Shown one piece after another: positions 24,667-28,754 of a DNA stretch of 28,754 bases. The number at the start of each line of letters is the position of its first letter. Positions within the stretch are counted from its first letter, which is position 1. Location: positions 1 to 28,754 of the IMG/VR virus record IMGVR_UViG_3300008251_000023. One strand, written 5' to 3'. Source of the stretch: a virus. Taxonomy: Duplodnaviria; Caudoviricetes. Position numbers and translations under genes: made by a program. The notes below the pieces were generated by a model. That model made no database searches, had not been told where the DNA came from, and saw only the letters and a program-made list of their open reading frames with translations.

Positions 24667-26763
24667 TTAAAATCCGTGTAAATGGTTTGATTCTGCGTTT
24701 AATCGTTCTGTTTTCGGCAATGTTCCGCCAAACTTTATCATCAGTTCCTGCTCTTCAATTAATGTCTCTGGAGTAATACCTGTTCTTCGTCTTAAATCTT
24801 CAATGTCTTTTAAGTCCCGTTGTAATTCCATTTCGGCAATGTCATAATCTTGTTTCCAAGCTTCTTTGTCACCCTCTTTCATTAATACTGGAATACTTTC
24901 GTGTTTTCTTTTTGGTTGAGCGTTGGCAACAAATACTTTTTGATCACCTTCAATTTTATACAGCTGAATAAAATCATTCATGAATTCAGGGTCATATTTC
25001 ACATAGAACTTTTGACCAACATACTTTCTTCTAAATTCAATATCGATTCTGTCTTCACTATCTAAAACCTCATACTCGTATTTAACTTTATCAACTTTAA
25101 CAGTAACTCCTCCACGTTTATATGTGTTTGGCTTGTTATTGTAAATCCAAAACATATCAACTTGGTCTATAAATGAAATACTTTCACTCATTGGAGCTTC
25201 CTCCATATAAACTTCATTTCTTGATTTGTTATATCTTGGGTGTTTTGCATTGTTCCAAAGTTCCACACATACCTCAAATGCTTTTAATAGGTCTTCTTTT
25301 GATTTTAATAGGTGTTTAAATTCCTTTATAAATTCAAGGTTTGGCTTATTGTCCATTGTTCTAACTGTTGGACTTTGTTTGTCTGACCACCACATGATAT
25401 TTAACACCTGTTGTTGTAGCCTTCTAAAAATATCTTCAACTGGACTATTATGTGCGTATGCTTTATTTGGATAATGAACTCCACCTTTACGAGCAATCAA
25501 CTTAGAATACAACTCTTGCATTTTACTACTCTTATGTCCTGATTGATTATCATAAGTAAATAAATAAGGACGTGCTCCAGAATTGTTAACAGCCATTTTA
25601 ACCGCTTTGAAATGATCTACGTGGCTTTCAGTTTCTGAATAAGACCAACCAATTATTTTTTCAGAGTAAACATCTATAACAGGATTAATTTTAAGCTTAG
25701 CAGCAAGTCCTGTTCTGTTCGTTTCAGTTTTATCTTGAAAGTGTAACCAATCCAATTTAGAACCGTCAATTGCCCAATATGAATTTGGATACCAGTTATC
25801 ACGATCACGTTTAATGTAATGTCCAAATTGGCGTTTATACTCTTCTTTACCATGTCTAGCTAATACCCATTTACGTTTTACTTCAGGTAAGTTAAGCCAA
25901 CCGTTTACTGCACCTTCTGTTAATGGAGACCATTCTTTAGATTCGTAAATTGAATTATACTTAACCATTATTTGTGGCACCTTCATTTTAATTGGTAAAC
26001 AATACATGGCTAACCACCAGTCTGCTATTTCACCTTTAATTTTTAATGAGTTGTCATTTTCTGTACCGCCATGAATTAGTCCTATATAGCTTTCTTTTAC
26101 AAATTTTTCATAAGCAGAACGTAGCCTTCTGTCTTTTGGGAATTTATATGGAGCTACTTTTTCAGGTAATTCTGTAATTGTTTTACTAATGTTTTTCCAA
26201 AGTACAGCTAAACTTTTACCATGTGCAGATCGTTTACTTTCACGCTCGGCCAATAATGCTGTAATAGCGTTAAAAATGTTTGCACGGTTAACGTATTTAT
26301 CTACTGCCTTTGGTGTTAATTTTTCACCATCTGATTTTGTGTAGTCATTAAAAAACTCAATAGCTTTTGAATCCTGAATAATGTAATCTGCAAACGTTTT
26401 GTTTTTAGTTTGTTTAACAGGATCATATCCAATTTGATGAGTAATCTTAGCTTGTAATTTAATTGATAAACTATCCCATTCAATTAATGCCGTTCTACCA
26501 TTACCACCACATGTTAACTTATTAATCTTGTTTGATTTCAGTCTGTTATAATAAGTATCCCTTACAAGGAAAGTTTCTGCATCTTTTTTATACCAATACC
26601 TTGCTACTGTCACTTCATGAGTGTAAATGTCAATTTGTTGTTCATCATTTAAAGCTGATGCTTTTTTTAAGTTTTGTTTAGCCACTACAATTTCATCATA
26701 TAACTTTTTGTTATATAAGTATGATGCTTGGATGCATAATATGTTATTGTAATATTCAAACAT
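24667..26763 (-). CDS. MuA-like DDE transposase
   Basis: 698 aa; WAIDGSKLD, VIDVYSEKIIGW, YDNQSGH, SPVEDIFRRLQQ catalytic motifs. Confidence 0.93.
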   Translation of the reverse strand: MFEYYNNILCIQASYLYNKKLYDEIVVAKQNLKKASALNDEQQIDIYTHEVTVARYWYKKDAETFLVRDTYYNRLKSNKINKLTCGGNGRTALIEWDSLSIKLQAKITHQIGYDPVKQTKNKTFADYIIQDSKAIEFFNDYTKSDGEKLTPKAVDKYVNRANIFNAITALLAERESKRSAHGKSLAVLWKNISKTITELPEKVAPYKFPKDRRLRSAYEKFVKESYIGLIHGGTENDNSLKIKGEIADWWLAMYCLPIKMKVPQIMVKYNSIYESKEWSPLTEGAVNGWLNLPEVKRKWVLARHGKEEYKRQFGHYIKRDRDNWYPNSYWAIDGSKLDWLHFQDKTETNRTGLAAKLKINPVIDVYSEKIIGWSYSETESHVDHFKAVKMAVNNSGARPYLFTYDNQSGHKSSKMQELYSKLIARKGGVHYPNKAYAHNSPVEDIFRRLQQQVLNIMWWSDKQSPTVRTMDNKPNLEFIKEFKHLLKSKEDLLKAFEVCVELWNNAKHPRYNKSRNEVYMEEAPMSESISFIDQVDMFWIYNNKPNTYKRGGVTVKVDKVKYEYEVLDSEDRIDIEFRRKYVGQKFYVKYDPEFMNDFIQLYKIEGDQKVFVANAQPKRKHESIPVLMKEGDKEAWKQDYDIAEMELQRDLKDIEDLRRRTGITPETLIEEQELMIKFGGTLPKTERLNAESNHLHGF

Positions 26764-26774
26764 TGAATTGTGTT

Positions 26775-26966
26775 TTATTTGTTTAATGCATTTTCTACTT
26801 CCTTAACTAATCGCTTGTAATCTTTTACAATCTCTTCACAAGTTTCACTTGTGCGATCTCCACGGAGTGCCATACGGATATAGTGTTTAGTTACTCCCCA
26901 TTTTTTTTGGAGTCTATTTATCACTAACTCGTTGAACTTATTTCTTTTTATTGTAGATTTGTTCAT
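26775..26966 (-). CDS. Ner/Cro-like DNA-binding protein
   Basis: 63 aa; LQKKWGVTKHYIRMALRG HTH; first early gene, divergent from repressor. Confidence 0.75.
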   Translation of the reverse strand: MNKSTIKRNKFNELVINRLQKKWGVTKHYIRMALRGDRTSETCEEIVKDYKRLVKEVENALNK

Positions 26967-26993
26967 TTGTATATGTTGTTTCGTTTGCGGTTA

Positions 26994-27026
26994 CAAATAT
27001 ATGGAAGTTATTTCCTTTTATCCAAA
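26994..27026 (-). promoter_or_regulatory. Early lytic promoter
   Basis: Minus strand TTTG-N21-TATATTTG upstream of the Ner-like gene. Confidence 0.7.
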
Positions 27027-27049
27027 TAAAATAGAACATAATTCTATTT
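27003..27049. promoter_or_regulatory. Two candidate repressor operators (RGAA-N5-TTCY)
   Basis: GGAA-GTTAT-TTCC (27003-27015) and AAATAGAA-CATAA-TTCTATTT (27029-27049). Confidence 0.55.
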
Positions 27050-27063
27050 AAAATGTATTAATT

Positions 27064-27744
27064 ATGAGTATAGGTTTAAGAATTAAAGAGTTACGAGTTG
27101 AAAGAAAAATTAAACAAAGAGAAGTTTCTGAGCTAATATCTATTGATCCAAGCTCGTATAGCAAGATTGAAAAAGATATATTGAAACCAACTATACCTCA
27201 ATTAATAGAACTATCTTCTATTTTTAATTCTTCTATTGATTGGATAGTCACTGGTATTAAACCGAACGCTACCAGCGTTGCTGAAAATACGTTCTCTTTA
27301 CGATCTGATAATATTATATCTCAACAAAGAATACCTCTTTATGATTTAGAAGCATCAGCAGGTTTAATTCCTTTGTTTGAAAACGCTAAAGAATTAACTA
27401 CAGAAGAATACATTAGTATTCCAAGAGTTCCAAAATGTGACGGAGCTGTTTTTGTGAATGGAGATAGTATGTATCCTTTACTAAAAAGTGGAGATATTAT
27501 AGCCTATAAGATTATACATGATAAGTATACCGAAATATTTTGGGGTGAAATGTATTTAGTATCCGTGGAAGTGTCAGGTGAAGAATTTGTCACTGTTAAA
27601 TATATTCAGAAATCTGAAAAAGGAGAACAGTATGTAAAATTAGTGTCTGAAAACAGACACCATCAACCAAAAGATATAAAACTGGACAAAATTAGAGCCA
27701 TATCTATGATAAAAGCATCAATTCGTATGAATTCTATATGGTAA
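27064..27744 (+). CDS. CI-like repressor (XRE HTH plus S24 peptidase)
   Basis: RIKELR..RKIKQREVS...YSKIEK HTH; ASAG cleavage site; GDSMYP serine and TVKY lysine. Confidence 0.95.
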   Translation: MSIGLRIKELRVERKIKQREVSELISIDPSSYSKIEKDILKPTIPQLIELSSIFNSSIDWIVTGIKPNATSVAENTFSLRSDNIISQQRIPLYDLEASAGLIPLFENAKELTTEEYISIPRVPKCDGAVFVNGDSMYPLLKSGDIIAYKIIHDKYTEIFWGEMYLVSVEVSGEEFVTVKYIQKSEKGEQYVKLVSENRHHQPKDIKLDKIRAISMIKASIRMNSIW

Positions 27745-27941
27745 ATCACTACTTTATTAATGATGTGTAGGATTATTTTCACCACAAAACACATTAATAG
27801 TTAATAATCAGTACTTTAACTACTTATTAAATTGTTTTAATGTGGAATTAGCCCCCTGTAACCGTTGTTTTTTATGTCTTTTTTATGCTTTTTAGGGTAT
27901 TTAGTATTATTTTACCGTCATTCTGTGATACGTTTTTTACC

Positions 27942-27976
27942 ACCCAACTTACTACCCAACTTACAACCCAAAGTTA
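27942..27976 (+). repeat. Three tandem 12 bp-period repeats
   Basis: ACCCAACTTACT ACCCAACTTACA ACCCAAAGTTA starting at 27942, 27954, 27966. Confidence 0.8.
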
Positions 27977-28052
27977 AAAAGTCGTTAGGATTGTAATTTG
28001 GTTAATCTTATTTTTAAATGATGGTACGATAGCTTTATTTACAATTAAACAT

Positions 28053-28082
28053 AAAAAAAACGCCCTTTATTTGGGGCGTTTT
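28053..28082. terminator. Intrinsic terminator, probably bidirectional
   Basis: AAAACGCCCT-TTATTT-GGGGCGTTTT with A8 on the left. Confidence 0.8.
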
Positions 28083-28090
28083 CTGTTGTT

Positions 28091-28205
28091 TAATGGTAGT
28101 TTGGGGTGTATCACTACCGTTTGTATGTTTTAAGTGGTAGTAAACGGTAATTAAAGCTATTTATAATGGTAGTTTAATGATACCAAAATGATACTAAGTG
28201 GTAGT
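28091..28205 (+). repeat. Dispersed TAA(G)TGGTAGT direct repeats near the prophage end
   Basis: Copies at 28091, 28131, 28164 and 28195; inverted core ACTACC at 28113. Confidence 0.7.
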
Positions 28206-28263
28206 TTTTGCGCATTTCGTTTAAAGTAGTGCGTTTTCCCTTTTTTGTGAACTTCTTTGTGTG

Positions 28264-28288
28264 GGCGTGGGTCTTCACGCCTTTTTTT
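28264..28288 (+). terminator. Intrinsic terminator
   Basis: GGCGTGG-GTCT-TCACGCC followed by T7. Confidence 0.75.
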
Positions 28289-28632
28289 CTTTTTTACTCT
28301 TTTTTTTATTGTTCTTTTTGTTATTTAGGGGGTAGTAGGTCTAATGGGGTTAATTAACCTAAAGTCAGTACAAATCAAACTCCAGTTCTGTTACTCTAGT
28401 TAATGAAATAGGAGTAAGGAAGTGAGCAACTAATTCTTTCGCTTTATTCATTTGATATTACACTATTTGTTTAAAGAGTTTAATGTTTTGTTACTTTTTG
28501 TATGTATTTGAATTAATAGATATATATATATCGGTTCATTGTCATGACTTTTAGTTTTTATTATTAATAAATGAAATGGTTGTAGTTTTTTAATAACTGA
28601 GAGTTGTGCTTGAATTGATAAAAACTAAAACT

Positions 28633-28754
28633 ATGAAAATTATTTTTTTAATACTCTTATTGGTAAATGCAATGACTAGTTTTTCTCAGTCAAACTATTC
28701 AAAAGAAGTCACAAAAATTAAAATAGATAGAATTAATTTAAAAGCGAATTACAG
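28633..28754 (+). CDS. Probable host secreted protein, 5' fragment
   Basis: MKIIFLILLLVNAMTSFSQSNYSKEV...; Sec signal peptide with Gln at the predicted +1 position; open to window end. Confidence 0.6.
   Translation, partial: MKIIFLILLLVNAMTSFSQSNYSKEVTKIKIDRINLKANY

Larger units (their letters stand above)
1..28334. mobile_element. Mu-like transposable prophage (contractile tail), truncated at window start; right boundary approximate
   Basis: DDE transposase, MuB-like ATPase, repressor/Ner switch, DUF935 portal, MuF, gpG, gp36, sheath/tube/tape measure/baseplate genes; no integrase in the window; repeat-rich non-coding end region at 27.75-28.33 kb followed by a host-like gene. Confidence 0.95.

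Noticed and set aside
24594-25474. + strand ORFs 24594-24776 and 25226-25474
   Set aside because: Antisense shadows of the MuB-like and transposase genes
27942-28205. CRISPR array
   Set aside because: Repeats are only 10-12 nt, tandem or unevenly spaced, and there are no cas genes in the window
1-28754. Diversity-generating retroelement, invertase or mom-like modification genes
   Set aside because: No reverse transcriptase, recombinase or modification enzyme recognised here; the tail fibre region is outside the window, so they are not excluded for the whole phage

Overview
AT-rich Bacteroidota (Flavobacteriales-like, from TAnnTTTG promoters) DNA. Bases 1 to ~28.3 kb are most of a Mu-like transposable prophage with a contractile tail. 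From right to left it holds an end region with short repeats, an XRE/S24 repressor divergent from a Ner/Cro-like gene, a DDE transposase, two ATPases, an early region with a tRNA-like element, moron genes, a + strand head block (terminases, gp36, portal, MuF, gpG, tail terminator) and a - strand block (protease/scaffold, capsid, lysis, sheath, tube, chaperone, tape measure, baseplate). The remaining tail genes and the other end lie beyond base 1. The best candidate for an undescribed system is at 13.5-16.1 kb. The portal gene ends on a slippery GTT TTT TAA plus hairpin that would fuse it by -1 frameshift to a MuF protein with a CdiA-like tRNase domain. No protein immunity gene follows; instead there is a ~75 nt antisense RNA with its own consensus promoter and terminator. 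Family assignments come from motif recognition and gene order, not database searches.
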